This document shows positions 20,587-29,446 of a DNA stretch of 64,000 bases, piece by piece. The position numbers and the translations under genes were made by a program. The first letter of the stretch is position 1; each line of letters starts with the position of its first letter. This stretch comes from Acutalibacteraceae bacterium. GTDB taxonomy: Bacteria; Bacillota; Clostridia; Oscillospirales; Acutalibacteraceae. Below the pieces are notes generated by a model. It had not been told where the DNA came from, ran no database searches, and was given only the letters and a program-made list of their open reading frames with translations. The stretch spans positions 9,625 through 73,624 of the forward strand of contig JAZRNK010000026.1 in assembly GCA_045648145.1 (NCBI GenBank), given 5' to 3'.

Positions 20587-21861
20587 ATGGAAAAAATCAA
20601 GGTTATTCTTATTGGCGCAGGTAACAGAGGTTTGACCTATACAACCTATATGAAGGGCGAAAAATTTCAAGTTGTTGCAGTAGCAGAGCCTAACGACATT
20701 AGAAGAAACAGAATAAAGGATACTCATGGTTTATCTGAGGATATGTGCTTTACTTCATGGGAAGATTTACTTAGTAAACCTAAATTTGCAGACGTTGTAG
20801 TTATTGCTACCGGTGACAGACAACATTATGAGCCGGCTATGAAGGCTATTGAAAAGGGATACAACCTTCTTTTAGAAAAACCCATTGCACCTACATACCA
20901 AGAATGCGTTGATATTGCTAATTTTGCCAAGGAAAAAGGCGTTAAAATTTTAGTCTGTCACGTTTTACGTTATACTAAATTTTTCAGAAAAATCAAAGAT
21001 ATGATTAACAACAATGATTTGGGTGATATCATTTCAATTCATCACAATGAAGCTGTTGGTCATATTCACCACAGCCACAGCTACGTAAGAGGTAACTGGG
21101 GTAATACTGAAAAGAGTGCGCCTATGCTTTTGGCAAAGTCCTGCCACGATATTGATATTATTCAGTGGCTTATGGATTCTAAATGTAAGAAAGTACAATC
21201 CTTTGGCTCGCTTACGTATTTCAAAAGAGAAAACGCTCCAGAAGGTTCGCCTGAACGTTGTATTGACGGGTGTCCTTATAGTGAAAGCTGTGTTTACGAT
21301 GCAACAAAGATTTATTGCACCAAAAACAAAGGCTGGTACAAGTGGCACGCATTACAAAAGCATAATGCTACTGACGAGGATTATGCCGAGTTAATGAGAA
21401 CAACTCAGTACGGTAAGTGTGTTTTCAAGTGCAACAATGACGTTGTTGACCATCAGGTAGTTAATATGGAATTTGAAAACGGTGGTGTTGCCTCGTTTAA
21501 TATGTCTTCCTTTAACGAGGGTGGCAGATTTATCAGAGTTATGGGTACCGCCGGTGAAATTTACGGTAATATGCACACTAACACTCTTGATTACTACAAT
21601 TTCAAGACGGGGGAGCATACTATCATTAACCCCAACGAACAAGATCTTGATGATTCTATTGTAAGTGGTCACGGAGGCGGCGACGAAGGTATTGTTCGAA
21701 TTTTACATAAATATCTCACCGAAGATTACAATGGTGATATGTTGAGTGAAATCGGTATTTCTACCGAAAATCATTTAATTGTTTTTGCTGCCGAAAAATC
21801 AAGAGCAGAAAGCACTGTTGTCTGCCTTGATGAATTTAAAAAAGAAATTGGTCTTAAATAA
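20587..21861 (+). CDS. Gfo/Idh/MocA-family oxidoreductase
   Basis: Rossmann motif KVILIGAGNRG and EKP motif LLLEKPIA. Confidence 0.85.
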   Translation: MEKIKVILIGAGNRGLTYTTYMKGEKFQVVAVAEPNDIRRNRIKDTHGLSEDMCFTSWEDLLSKPKFADVVVIATGDRQHYEPAMKAIEKGYNLLLEKPIAPTYQECVDIANFAKEKGVKILVCHVLRYTKFFRKIKDMINNNDLGDIISIHHNEAVGHIHHSHSYVRGNWGNTEKSAPMLLAKSCHDIDIIQWLMDSKCKKVQSFGSLTYFKRENAPEGSPERCIDGCPYSESCVYDATKIYCTKNKGWYKWHALQKHNATDEDYAELMRTTQYGKCVFKCNNDVVDHQVVNMEFENGGVASFNMSSFNEGGRFIRVMGTAGEIYGNMHTNTLDYYNFKTGEHTIINPNEQDLDDSIVSGHGGGDEGIVRILHKYLTEDYNGDMLSEIGISTENHLIVFAAEKSRAESTVVCLDEFKKEIGLK

Positions 21862-21864
21862 GTT

Positions 21865-21894
21865 AAAAAAGCAGGATTTTTTCCTGCTTTTTTT
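21865..21894 (+). terminator. terminator after oxidoreductase gene
   Basis: AAAAAAGCAGGA-tttt-TCCTGCTTTTTTT. Confidence 0.85.
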
Positions 21895-21951
21895 ATTGCC
21901 AATTATTGCATATTGGTTTATAATGTTTAAAGAAAATAAGAGGTGATAATT

Positions 21952-22560
21952 ATGAAATTCGACGTGTTTTCCAACAAGACAAACGCTATAATTGTATGGA
22001 TATTTTTAATGGCCATACCTTCTTTAATTTTGATACCTTCAAATTTTGAAGCAATACGTAACTGTAGCTTGCCTTTACTTTCTGATTATGAAGGTTTTTC
22101 CGGTTTTTTGTTGTGGGCTTCGAATACATTTAGCAAAATTTCAAACTATCTTTTACTGATTGTATTTGCTGTTATCACTTTTCTTAAACCTTGGCTATCG
22201 AAATACAGAAAAACCTCTAACGTATTTGATATTGTATCAATAATAATTATTGTGTTAAGCATTGTTTCAAGCGTTATTATACTTTGTATTAACGGTGATT
22301 TCACTACCAACGGCGTTTATGTATCGCTTGAAATGATTATGTATATTTTATTGCTTATTTTATTTATCGGCAAAAGCTTCAGTCGAAAAGTTAAGTGGAC
22401 TTTAGTAATTATTTCAACAGTTTGTTTCTTCTGTTCACTTGCAACCTTAAACGTTGATTTTTCTTTTTCATATGCATTCTTTTCGTCATTAATTAACAAT
22501 ATTTATGCCATTTTTGTAAAGCTTTGCGTTTTCTTCTTTGCTATTGTACCTAAAAAATGA
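21952..22560 (+). CDS. hypothetical multi-pass membrane protein
   Basis: About 200 aa with 5-6 hydrophobic segments. ATG follows a GAGGTG SD. No recognisable motif. Confidence 0.5.
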   Translation: MKFDVFSNKTNAIIVWIFLMAIPSLILIPSNFEAIRNCSLPLLSDYEGFSGFLLWASNTFSKISNYLLLIVFAVITFLKPWLSKYRKTSNVFDIVSIIIIVLSIVSSVIILCINGDFTTNGVYVSLEMIMYILLLILFIGKSFSRKVKWTLVIISTVCFFCSLATLNVDFSFSYAFFSSLINNIYAIFVKLCVFFFAIVPKK

Positions 22561-22716
22561 TATTGTCTAAAACGACTGCGGTGAATTACTAAAAATTTTA
22601 AATAATAAAAAATTAACCAACCAATTAAACGGTTGGTTTTTATTTTACTAAAAAGACTTGACAAAATTGATTTAAAGTGTTAAAGTGTTAAAGTAAAATA
22701 TGGAAGGGTGATATTT

Positions 22717-24297
22717 ATGAATTTAGTAACACTTGCTGCTAACACTTCAGCCGTTTGGTTTTCTATACCGATGCTTGTGTGTTTCTTTGCACTTATGATT
22801 GGTGTCGGTCTTTATTGCCGCAAGCATTCAAAAAGTGTTGACAGCTTTGTTTTAGGCGGCAGGGCAGTAGGTCCTTGGTTGACCGCGTTTGCTTTCGGCA
22901 CTTCTTACTTTTCTGCAGTTATTTTCGTTGGTTATGCAGGACAGTTTGGTTGGAACTTCGGTCTTTCTTCAACCTGGATTGGTCTTGGTAATGCATTTAT
23001 AGGATCGTTATTAGCATGGATTGTTTTAGGTAAGAGAACTCGAGTCATGACTCAGCATTTAGGCTCAAAGACAATGCCTGATTTCTTTGAAAAAAGATAT
23101 GATTCAAAAACCTTAAAAATAATTGCTTCTATTATTGTTTTCGTCTTCCTTATTCCTTACACCGCTTCGCTCTACAACGGTTTATCTTCATTATTTAATA
23201 ATGTTTTTGATATTCCTTACTGGGCGGTAGTTTTAATGATGGCAGTTTTAACCGGTATTTACGTTATTTTTGGCGGTTATATGGCAACTGCTGTTAACGA
23301 TTTCATTCAAGGCATTATAATGCTTGTTGGTATCATTGCCGTTGTTATTGCCGTTTTAAACCAAAACGGCGGTTTACTTAATGCTGTAGAAGCTTTAAAG
23401 AATAGCGAACACGCAGGTCCCGAGTTCACTTCAACCTTTGGACCTAATCCCATTTTCTTGTTTTTTGTCGTTATGCTGACCTCACTTGGTACTTGGGGAC
23501 TTCCTCAGATGGTTGGAAAATTCTATTCTATTAAGGATGAAGCATCAGTTAAGAAGGGAACCATTATTTCCACAATTTTTGCCGTTATTGTTGCTGGCGG
23601 TTGTTACTTCCTTGGAGGATTTGGTAAGCTCTACTACAACGAGATGCTAAGCGGTGGTTACATAAAGTCAAACGGTGCAGTTTTGTTTGATAAGGTTGTT
23701 CCTACAATGCTGGCAAATCTTGCTCCTGTTATCGTTGCTTTAATTATTGTTTTGGTTCTTGCAGCTTCAATGTCGACTCTTTCATCGCTTGTTTTAACCT
23801 CATCTTCAACACTAACTTTGGACGTTATCAAGCCAGCTCTTTCAAAACGTAAAGAAGTTGACGATAAGAAAAGCGTATTTATTATGCGTGCATTCATCGT
23901 TTTCTTCATTGCTGTATCAGCAGTTATTGCCATATTAAAAGACTCTATCTGGCAAAACTCCGTATTTATTGCGCAGATGATGGGCGTTTCATGGGGAGCA
24001 CTTGCAGGCGCATTCTTAGCACCGTTTATATACGGCCTATACTCCAAAAAGACAACAAAAGCCTCGGTTGTTGCTTGCTTTATTTACGGCACCGGCTTAG
24101 AAATCATTCAGTTGTGTATCAGCGTAGGTTGGATAACTATTGACGGCGGTGTCTTAGGTTTTGTATTCAAGAATTCGCTTTACTCGGGCGTTTTTGCAAT
24201 GATTGGCGGTTTAATTTTAATACCAATAGTAAACTTGTTTACACAAAAGACCTTGCCAAAGAACATTGATGAAAAATTCAGTTGTTTTAATAAATAA
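22717..24297 (+). CDS. sodium:solute symporter family (SSF) transporter
   Basis: About 13 TM segments with SSF-like blocks (GGR..G.WL...A...S, GLPQM). Promoter TTGACA-17-TAAAGT at 22658-22686. Confidence 0.8.
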   Translation: MNLVTLAANTSAVWFSIPMLVCFFALMIGVGLYCRKHSKSVDSFVLGGRAVGPWLTAFAFGTSYFSAVIFVGYAGQFGWNFGLSSTWIGLGNAFIGSLLAWIVLGKRTRVMTQHLGSKTMPDFFEKRYDSKTLKIIASIIVFVFLIPYTASLYNGLSSLFNNVFDIPYWAVVLMMAVLTGIYVIFGGYMATAVNDFIQGIIMLVGIIAVVIAVLNQNGGLLNAVEALKNSEHAGPEFTSTFGPNPIFLFFVVMLTSLGTWGLPQMVGKFYSIKDEASVKKGTIISTIFAVIVAGGCYFLGGFGKLYYNEMLSGGYIKSNGAVLFDKVVPTMLANLAPVIVALIIVLVLAASMSTLSSLVLTSSSTLTLDVIKPALSKRKEVDDKKSVFIMRAFIVFFIAVSAVIAILKDSIWQNSVFIAQMMGVSWGALAGAFLAPFIYGLYSKKTTKASVVACFIYGTGLEIIQLCISVGWITIDGGVLGFVFKNSLYSGVFAMIGGLILIPIVNLFTQKTLPKNIDEKFSCFNK

Positions 24298-24299
24298 TA

Positions 24300-24336
24300 A
24301 AAAAAGGTAGAACGAGACACGTTCTACCTTTTTTTA
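24300..24336 (+). terminator. terminator after symporter gene
   Basis: GGTAGAACG-agaca-CGTTCTACC followed by T7. Confidence 0.9.
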
Positions 24337-24617
24337 TTTTAAAAACGAATTAACAAAGGTTATTACTGACATAATGTTATTTGCACAAAGCTGTTTAAAT
24401 GCTCTGTATACGCTTGAACTATCACAAGCAATCAAGCACGACAAACCACATAAAGACGCTGTATCCTCAAATTTTGAAGGATTTATGCCATAAAACAAAA
24501 GACGATAGATATAAAATTTTAAGTAAAATCAATACTTTACAAATAAGTTTACAGAAGTTCATAGCAAACATAACATACAAAATCGAAAAAGTAAAAGTAA
24601 ATTGCGAAGTCTATGTT

Positions 24618-25709
24618 TCAAAATGGTTTCTGTGGAAATATAAGGAAATATTCACTTTGTTCAATAATTTGTTTTTTTATTTGTAAAAAATTTTCAAAAG
24701 CATTTCTTGCAGGTGAAGAGATAAGATCTATTTTATTTTTGTTTTTTAAATAAAGTTCTTTGATTGAATTTCCACAATACTTACATCTATTATCTCGATT
24801 AAAATAATATTCAAGATAATGTAAAGTACTATTATTATCCATTACAATAGGTATGTGATAAGGATTTATGAACATAGATAATACTTCCATCTCTCTAATT
24901 TTACTATTAAATTTATACTCGCAAAAAACACTATGCAAAAGTGCAGCAAAACTATTTTCCATTTTTTTATAGACATTTTCAAATATTTTTTGATAATTAT
25001 CAAAAGAAGTCAGAAGTGCATTTAGTAGTTCATTTTTCGAGAGCCAAAAATGATTTGATAATAAAAGGGATACTTTTTCTTTAAGTTCATCATTCCCATA
25101 ATGAGAAAATGAGTGTAAGTAGTTAAATGTTGAATAACCATACTCTAAATAATTTAAGAAATTACAAAGATCACTTTTTAAAATCGATTTTTTTAATTGT
25201 GGATTATCACGATATTGCCACTGTTCTGTTATTGTAGCAATCTGATTAAAACCAAAAAATGCCGGAAGAAAAGTAGATAAATAATACCATTCTTTTTCAG
25301 CAAGAACTTTCAAATCACAGGTCTCTATCACAACCATTTTCACATCATCAATTGTGCAGTTGTGATCAATTAGATATTTAAAAATTTTACATGGGCGATA
25401 TTTTCCTTCAAAAGCTTTTTTATTGGTTACAGCACTTAAAAGAAGTTTGTTTTGATATTCAACACAACTATGCTGCATTAAACCTTTGATATCTTTCAAA
25501 TGCATTTGAAAACGTTTTTGAAAATCATTTGTTTTTCCAATATAAAAAGGAATTACTTTTTTATCACTAAAATCATCTACATATAATAAGTAAATTCCAG
25601 ATTTATGAATTGAGGTATCTGATTTAATTCTTTGAGAAGAATTTGCAATCAAATTCAAAACGGATTGTTTTAGTTCGTTAAATTCCCATTTTTTCAGTGG
25701 AGTGCACAT
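24618..25709 (-). CDS. orphan GIY-YIG nuclease-domain protein with uncharacterised C-terminal region of about 200 aa
   Basis: GIYLLY...PFYIGKTNDFQKRFQMH...AEKEWYY match the GIY, YIG, Arg and Glu positions of the GIY-YIG fold. The gene is much more AT-rich than its neighbours. Confidence 0.7.
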   Translation of the reverse strand: MCTPLKKWEFNELKQSVLNLIANSSQRIKSDTSIHKSGIYLLYVDDFSDKKVIPFYIGKTNDFQKRFQMHLKDIKGLMQHSCVEYQNKLLLSAVTNKKAFEGKYRPCKIFKYLIDHNCTIDDVKMVVIETCDLKVLAEKEWYYLSTFLPAFFGFNQIATITEQWQYRDNPQLKKSILKSDLCNFLNYLEYGYSTFNYLHSFSHYGNDELKEKVSLLLSNHFWLSKNELLNALLTSFDNYQKIFENVYKKMENSFAALLHSVFCEYKFNSKIREMEVLSMFINPYHIPIVMDNNSTLHYLEYYFNRDNRCKYCGNSIKELYLKNKNKIDLISSPARNAFENFLQIKKQIIEQSEYFLIFPQKPF

Positions 25710-25830
25710 TTGTGATTACTCCTTTCTTTATATATAAACTTATATGAATATATCACATAACAAAAAAACTTTCAATATGTAGACCATCTAAAAAAACAAA
25801 CTCCCAAGCTATATAGCTTTAGGAGTTTGT

Positions 25831-25917
25831 TGGTGCCGGAAGCGGGGGTCGAACCCGCACGGTATCGCTACCACTGGATTTTGAGTCCAGCACGTCTGCC
25901 AATTCCATCATTCCGGC
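25831..25917 (-). tRNA. tRNA-Leu (anticodon CAA), class II with long variable arm, CCA encoded
   Basis: The reverse complement GCCGGAATGATGGAATTGGCAGACGTGCTGGACTCAAAATCCAGTGGTAGCGATACCGTGCGGGTTCGACCCCCGCTTCCGGCACCA folds as a cloverleaf. The anticodon loop is CT-CAA-AA. Confidence 0.9.
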
Positions 25918-26067
25918 GACTTATGTATTATAATACATCTAAAACACAAATTCAAGTCTTTTTTTACATATTATTTTATAATTTAAATTATAAGTATAAA
26001 TACATACTTTACTTTTTAAAATATAAGTGTTAGAATATAAAAAAATTAATTACTAAGGGGGATTATA

Positions 26068-28026
26068 ATGTTTGAGTTTTTAAGAGTTACGAGTGCCGTT
26101 CCTAACGTTTCTGTTGCTAACGTTGATTATAACGTATCGCAGATTTGCGAAAAGATTGCAGAAGCTTCAGACGCACAGTCAAATATTGTTGTTTTCCCTG
26201 AGCTTGCGGTTACAGGGTATACCTGTGGCGACCTGTTTTTCCAAGATACACTTATCAATAGCTCAAATAAAGGTGTTGAGCAAATTATCGAAACAAGCAG
26301 TAAATATGCAATACCTGTCATTGTCGGCGCACCGATAAAAATTTTTGGTCAATTATATAACTGCGCTTTGGTTATTGCCTGCGGTAAGATTTGCGGCATT
26401 GTGCCTAAAACCTTTATTCCAAACCATAGCGAATTTTTTGAAAAACGTATTTTTTCTTCTGCCGAGGATTTAAAGTTAAGTGAAGTAAATATTACAGACA
26501 TAGGTATTTTAAAATACGGTCCATACAGTATTCCTATAGGTAACAATATTGTTTTCAACGTAAACAACAAGTATAAATTCGGTATCGAGGTCTGCGAAGA
26601 TTTGTGGACTGCTTTGCCACCGAGTACGTTTTTATCTCTTGCAGGCGCAGAGGTTATTTTTAACATTTCTGCAAGTAATGAGGTTGTTTCAAAACGTAAG
26701 TATAGGGAAGAACTTATAAAGCAACAATCTGCAAGAACTTTTTCTAACTATGTTTATACATCTGCCGGTAGCGGTGAGTCGACCTCTGATTTAATATTCT
26801 CAGGAAATACCATTATTGCTGAAAACGGTAAAATAACCGCCGAAAACGATAAAATAATCGATAATAATTATTGTTTATCGGCAGACTTTGATTTAGGCAA
26901 AATCAGAGCGGACCGATTAAAAACCAAGACGTTTAAGGATGCAAACAGAATCTACGGCGATTTTGTTGATGTTAGAACAGTCAATATCGTTGATAACAGT
27001 TTATCGACTTTTTCTAACGGCGCATTGCTTAATATATCCAAACATCCGTTTATACCAACCTGTACTTCAGACAGAATTACTGCCTGCAAAGAAATATTTG
27101 CAATGCAGGTAGCAGGCTTGAAGAAAAGAGTAGAAATCACCAACAGTAAGCTTGTTGTTGGTGTTTCGGGAGGTTTAGATTCCACTTTAGCATTACTTGT
27201 AGCGGTTAAGGTGATGAGCGAGCTTAACAGACCGCTTGAGGATGTCCACGGTATTACAATGCCATGCTTTGGCACATCAGGCAGAACATATAACAACTCG
27301 ATTATTTTAATGCAAACGCTTGGTGTAACAGCTAAGGAAATTAACATAAAAGACGCTTGTTTAAAGCATTTTGATGATATTGGCCATGATGCCGACATTC
27401 ATGACATAACCTACGAAAACAGTCAAGCAAGAGAAAGAACACAGGTTCTTATGGATTATGCAGGTAAAATCGGTGGTTTTGTTGTTGGTACCGGTGATTT
27501 GAGCGAGTTAGCTCTCGGTTGGTGCACCTACAACGGCGACCATATGAGTATGTATAGCGTTAACTGTGATATTCCTAAAACGCTGATAAAGTGGATTATT
27601 GATACTGTCAAAAATAAAGTTATTTTCCAAAACAGCGCTACTGTTTTAGAAGACATTATCAATACACCTATCAGTCCCGAATTACTTCCACCGGACGAAG
27701 CAGGGAAGATAGCACAGAAAACCGAAGATATTGTAGGGCCTTATGAGCTGCATGACTTCTTTATGTATTACATTCTGCGCTACGGCTTTGCACCAAGCAA
27801 AATTTATCATTTAGCTTTAACGGCTTTTGCAGATGTTTACAGTAAAGAAACCATATTAAAGTGGTTAAAAAATTTTTACCGAAGATTCTTTACACAACAG
27901 TTTAAACGCAACTGCGTTCCTGACGGTGTTAAGGTTGGCAGTATTGGTTTGTCACCACGAGGTGACTGGAAAATGCCGAGCGATGCTTCGTTTAAAATTT
28001 GGTTAGATGAGCTTGAAACTATATAA
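26068..28026 (+). CDS. nadE: glutamine-dependent NAD+ synthetase (CN-hydrolase plus NAD synthase domains)
   Basis: 652 aa with an N-terminal nitrilase-like domain (FPELAVTGY, EVCEDLW) and a C-terminal PP-loop (GVSGGLDST). Confidence 0.95.
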   Translation: MFEFLRVTSAVPNVSVANVDYNVSQICEKIAEASDAQSNIVVFPELAVTGYTCGDLFFQDTLINSSNKGVEQIIETSSKYAIPVIVGAPIKIFGQLYNCALVIACGKICGIVPKTFIPNHSEFFEKRIFSSAEDLKLSEVNITDIGILKYGPYSIPIGNNIVFNVNNKYKFGIEVCEDLWTALPPSTFLSLAGAEVIFNISASNEVVSKRKYREELIKQQSARTFSNYVYTSAGSGESTSDLIFSGNTIIAENGKITAENDKIIDNNYCLSADFDLGKIRADRLKTKTFKDANRIYGDFVDVRTVNIVDNSLSTFSNGALLNISKHPFIPTCTSDRITACKEIFAMQVAGLKKRVEITNSKLVVGVSGGLDSTLALLVAVKVMSELNRPLEDVHGITMPCFGTSGRTYNNSIILMQTLGVTAKEINIKDACLKHFDDIGHDADIHDITYENSQARERTQVLMDYAGKIGGFVVGTGDLSELALGWCTYNGDHMSMYSVNCDIPKTLIKWIIDTVKNKVIFQNSATVLEDIINTPISPELLPPDEAGKIAQKTEDIVGPYELHDFFMYYILRYGFAPSKIYHLALTAFADVYSKETILKWLKNFYRRFFTQQFKRNCVPDGVKVGSIGLSPRGDWKMPSDASFKIWLDELETI

Positions 28027-28031
28027 TAATT

Positions 28032-28072
28032 AAAAGATGCATTTACGACTTGAACGTATTTGCATCTTTTTT
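28032..28072 (+). terminator. terminator after nadE
   Basis: AAAAGATGCA...TGCATCTTTTTT with inner TACG/CGTA pairing. Confidence 0.8.
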
Positions 28073-28123
28073 AGTTATGGTGTTAGGGAAGGCACTGATT
28101 TTAGCCCTCTAAATTTTTGATAA

Positions 28124-28141
28124 AATTATACAAAATGAATA
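28124..28141 (+). repeat. left copy of 18-bp direct repeat (attL core)
   Basis: AATTATACAAAATGAATA is identical to 34437-34454. The upstream GATAA is also shared, apart from a 1-nt indel. Confidence 0.85.
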
Positions 28142-28315
28142 AAATTTTACTAATATTAAAAATGACAGGGCAGGCTCTAAATTATGAGCCAGCCCTTTTT
28201 CCTTGTCAACTTTTTTGCCCCCGCAAGGAAATCCGCTCGTGATACCGTTGCAGTCCGAAACACCGAGCGAGAGCAACGCTCGAAGGCTCGGAAAAGACGG
28301 CTTCTGTCAATGAAA

Positions 28316-28352
28316 TGTGCAGTTCACTATCCGCGTCACAGTGAACTGCACA
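28316..28352 (+). repeat. perfect 13-bp-stem hairpin (TGTGCAGTTCACT / AGTGAACTGCACA, 11-nt loop); candidate Rep nick site or replication origin
   Basis: Read directly from the sequence. It lies in a GC-richer, ORF-poor stretch (28150-28360) that holds two further hairpins, and is immediately followed by the first TTGGGTAA repeat. Confidence 0.5.
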
Positions 28353-28354
28353 AG

Positions 28355-28457
28355 TTGGGTAATTTTTAAAATAAAAGGCTCTGTTAAGCCATTCTTGACA
28401 AAAAACTTTTACCCACTAAAGTGAAAAAAGTTGGGTAATTGGGTAATTTTTGGGTAA
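28355..28457 (+). repeat. iteron-like TTGGGTAA repeats (4 direct copies plus 1 inverted TTACCCA)
   Basis: TTGGGTAA at 28355, 28431, 28439 and 28450; TTACCCA at 28409. The same TTACCC core recurs in two internal intergenic modules. Confidence 0.6.
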
Positions 28458-28465
28458 ATAAGCGT

Positions 28466-28490
28466 CCTATCGTAAAGGTGTTACGATAGG
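28466..28490 (+). repeat. perfect 10-bp inverted repeat CCTATCGTAA-aggtg-TTACGATAGG
   Basis: Read directly from the sequence. No adjacent T-run on either strand, so it is not a canonical terminator. Confidence 0.6.
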
Positions 28491-28492
28491 TA

Positions 28493-28605
28493 GCGGGGAA
28501 ATATAAAGGAACGAAGTTTTTTTAATTAAAATTCGTTTAGAAAATTTAGGTATTCCTAAATTTTTAGAATTTTTGTTAAAAAAACAAGTGGTTATATTTC
28601 CCCGC
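28493..28605 (+). repeat. long imperfect hairpin of about 113 nt (outer arms GCGGGGAAATATAA / TTATATTTCCCCGC, apex AAAATTTAGG-tatt-CCTAAATTTT); candidate packaging signal
   Basis: The outer 14-bp arms and the apical 10-bp arms are perfect and share one symmetry centre. The internal arms are partly complementary. Confidence 0.5.
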
Positions 28606-28621
28606 GTAAAGCGTAAGTATT

Positions 28622-28840
28622 TTATCTTTTTGGATATGGTAGGTCTGGTAAACCTAAAATATAGTCTGCTGATATTCTTAAATATAAGCAAATATTTTTT
28701 AAGTGTGTTATTGGTATTAGGTTTATTCCTTTTTCATATCTTGCATATTGTTGTTGTTTTATGTTTAGATATTCTGCCATTTGTTTTTGAGTTATATTTT
28801 GTGTTTCTCTTTCAAATTGTATTATTTCATTGTAGTACAT
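28622..28840 (-). CDS. XRE-family HTH repressor (prophage cI-like)
   Basis: 72 aa containing ITQKQMAEYLNIKQQQYARYEKGINLIPI. It is divergent from the rightward phage operon. Confidence 0.85.
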   Translation of the reverse strand: MYYNEIIQFERETQNITQKQMAEYLNIKQQQYARYEKGINLIPITHLKNICLYLRISADYILGLPDLPYPKR

Positions 28841-28861
28841 AAAATCACCTCAAAAAATTAA

Positions 28862-28939
28862 TACCATAATTTACAACAAATGTGTTGACAAATGAACACA
28901 AGTGTTGTAATATATATTTACAACAGTAGTGTTGTAAAT
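28862..28939. promoter_or_regulatory. divergent promoter/operator switch: TTTACAACA-N4-TGTTGTAAA palindromes overlapping P(right) TTGACA-17-TAATAT and P(left) TTGTCA-17-TATGGT
   Basis: O3 at 28916-28939 has perfect 10-bp arms. O1 at 28870-28891 has 2 mismatches and contains the -35. A degenerate O2 at 28890-28911 contains the -10. Confidence 0.65.
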
Positions 28940-28959
28940 TAATTTTTAGGAGCGATTTT

Positions 28960-29313
28960 ATGTTACATGAATTAAAATTATCTACTGAATTTTTTGATGA
29001 TGTTTCTAATTTTAAAAAATCTTTTGAAATTAGAAAAAACGACCGAAATTATAAAATAGGTGATATACTTGGTTTTAATGAGTATGACCTTGATAATTCT
29101 GTTTATACAGGTCGTTCTTGTTTTTGTTATGTTGAATATGTTTTTAATCATTCAGATTATGTTATTGATGATTATGTTATTTTAGGTATTCGTCCTTGTA
29201 GTGTTAATGCTTTAGGTTTAGAAGTTGATTTTGAGTCTACTATTTTGCATGATACTGATATTACTTATAATCCAAAACATATTTGGTGTAAAGGTGATTG
29301 CAATGAAATTTAA
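28960..29313 (+). CDS. ASCH/DUF3850-like domain protein
   Basis: The N-terminus HELKLSTEFFDDVSNFKKSFEIRKNDRNYKIGD resembles the DUF3850 signature (HELK...FE.RKNDR.....GD). Confidence 0.6.
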   Translation: MLHELKLSTEFFDDVSNFKKSFEIRKNDRNYKIGDILGFNEYDLDNSVYTGRSCFCYVEYVFNHSDYVIDDYVILGIRPCSVNALGLEVDFESTILHDTDITYNPKHIWCKGDCNEI

Positions 29314-29434
29314 ACGTATTACTGTAGATTTACACCCTATAATTATTGAAAAATTAGAAGATTATGCAAAATTAAATGATATTTCTTTTAATTCTGCTTT
29401 AAATTTTCTTTTATATAATTTGCTTGTTTTATAA
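29303..29434 (+). CDS. 43-aa ribbon-helix-helix-like protein
   Basis: MKFKRITVDLHPIIIEKLEDYAKLNDISFNSALNFLL shows a beta-alpha-alpha pattern. AAAGGTGA SD. This internal ATG of the 69-aa track ORF overlaps the previous gene's end. Confidence 0.5.
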   Translation: MKFKRITVDLHPIIIEKLEDYAKLNDISFNSALNFLLYNLLVL

Positions 29435-29446
29435 AGGTGAATAGAT

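Noticed and set aside
22672-22695. Tandem 8-bp repeat TTAAAGTG x3 at the symporter promoter
   Set aside because: It is very short and overlaps the -10 region, and it is probably a slippage product. It might modulate spacer length but has no further support.
24337-24617. Possible pseudogene remnant (for example an integrase) downstream of the GIY-YIG gene
   Set aside because: Hand translation of the minus strand gives only very short ORFs with frequent stops. Nothing is recognisable.
25827-26033. 68-aa ORF on the + strand
   Set aside because: It starts inside tRNA-Leu (opposite strand) and runs through AT-rich promoter DNA upstream of nadE. It has no SD.
28355-28457. Possible CRISPR-like array (short repeats TTGGGTAA)
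   Set aside because: The repeats are only 8 bp with spacers of 0-68 bp, far from CRISPR geometry, and no cas genes are present. I treat them as iterons.
28184-28842. Three track ORFs (28184-28369 +, 28467-28691 -, 28573-28842 +) in the prophage left end
   Set aside because: They run through hairpin and iteron DNA or lie antisense or out of frame to the XRE repressor gene. They have no SDs and odd composition. The region is better explained as structured non-coding DNA.
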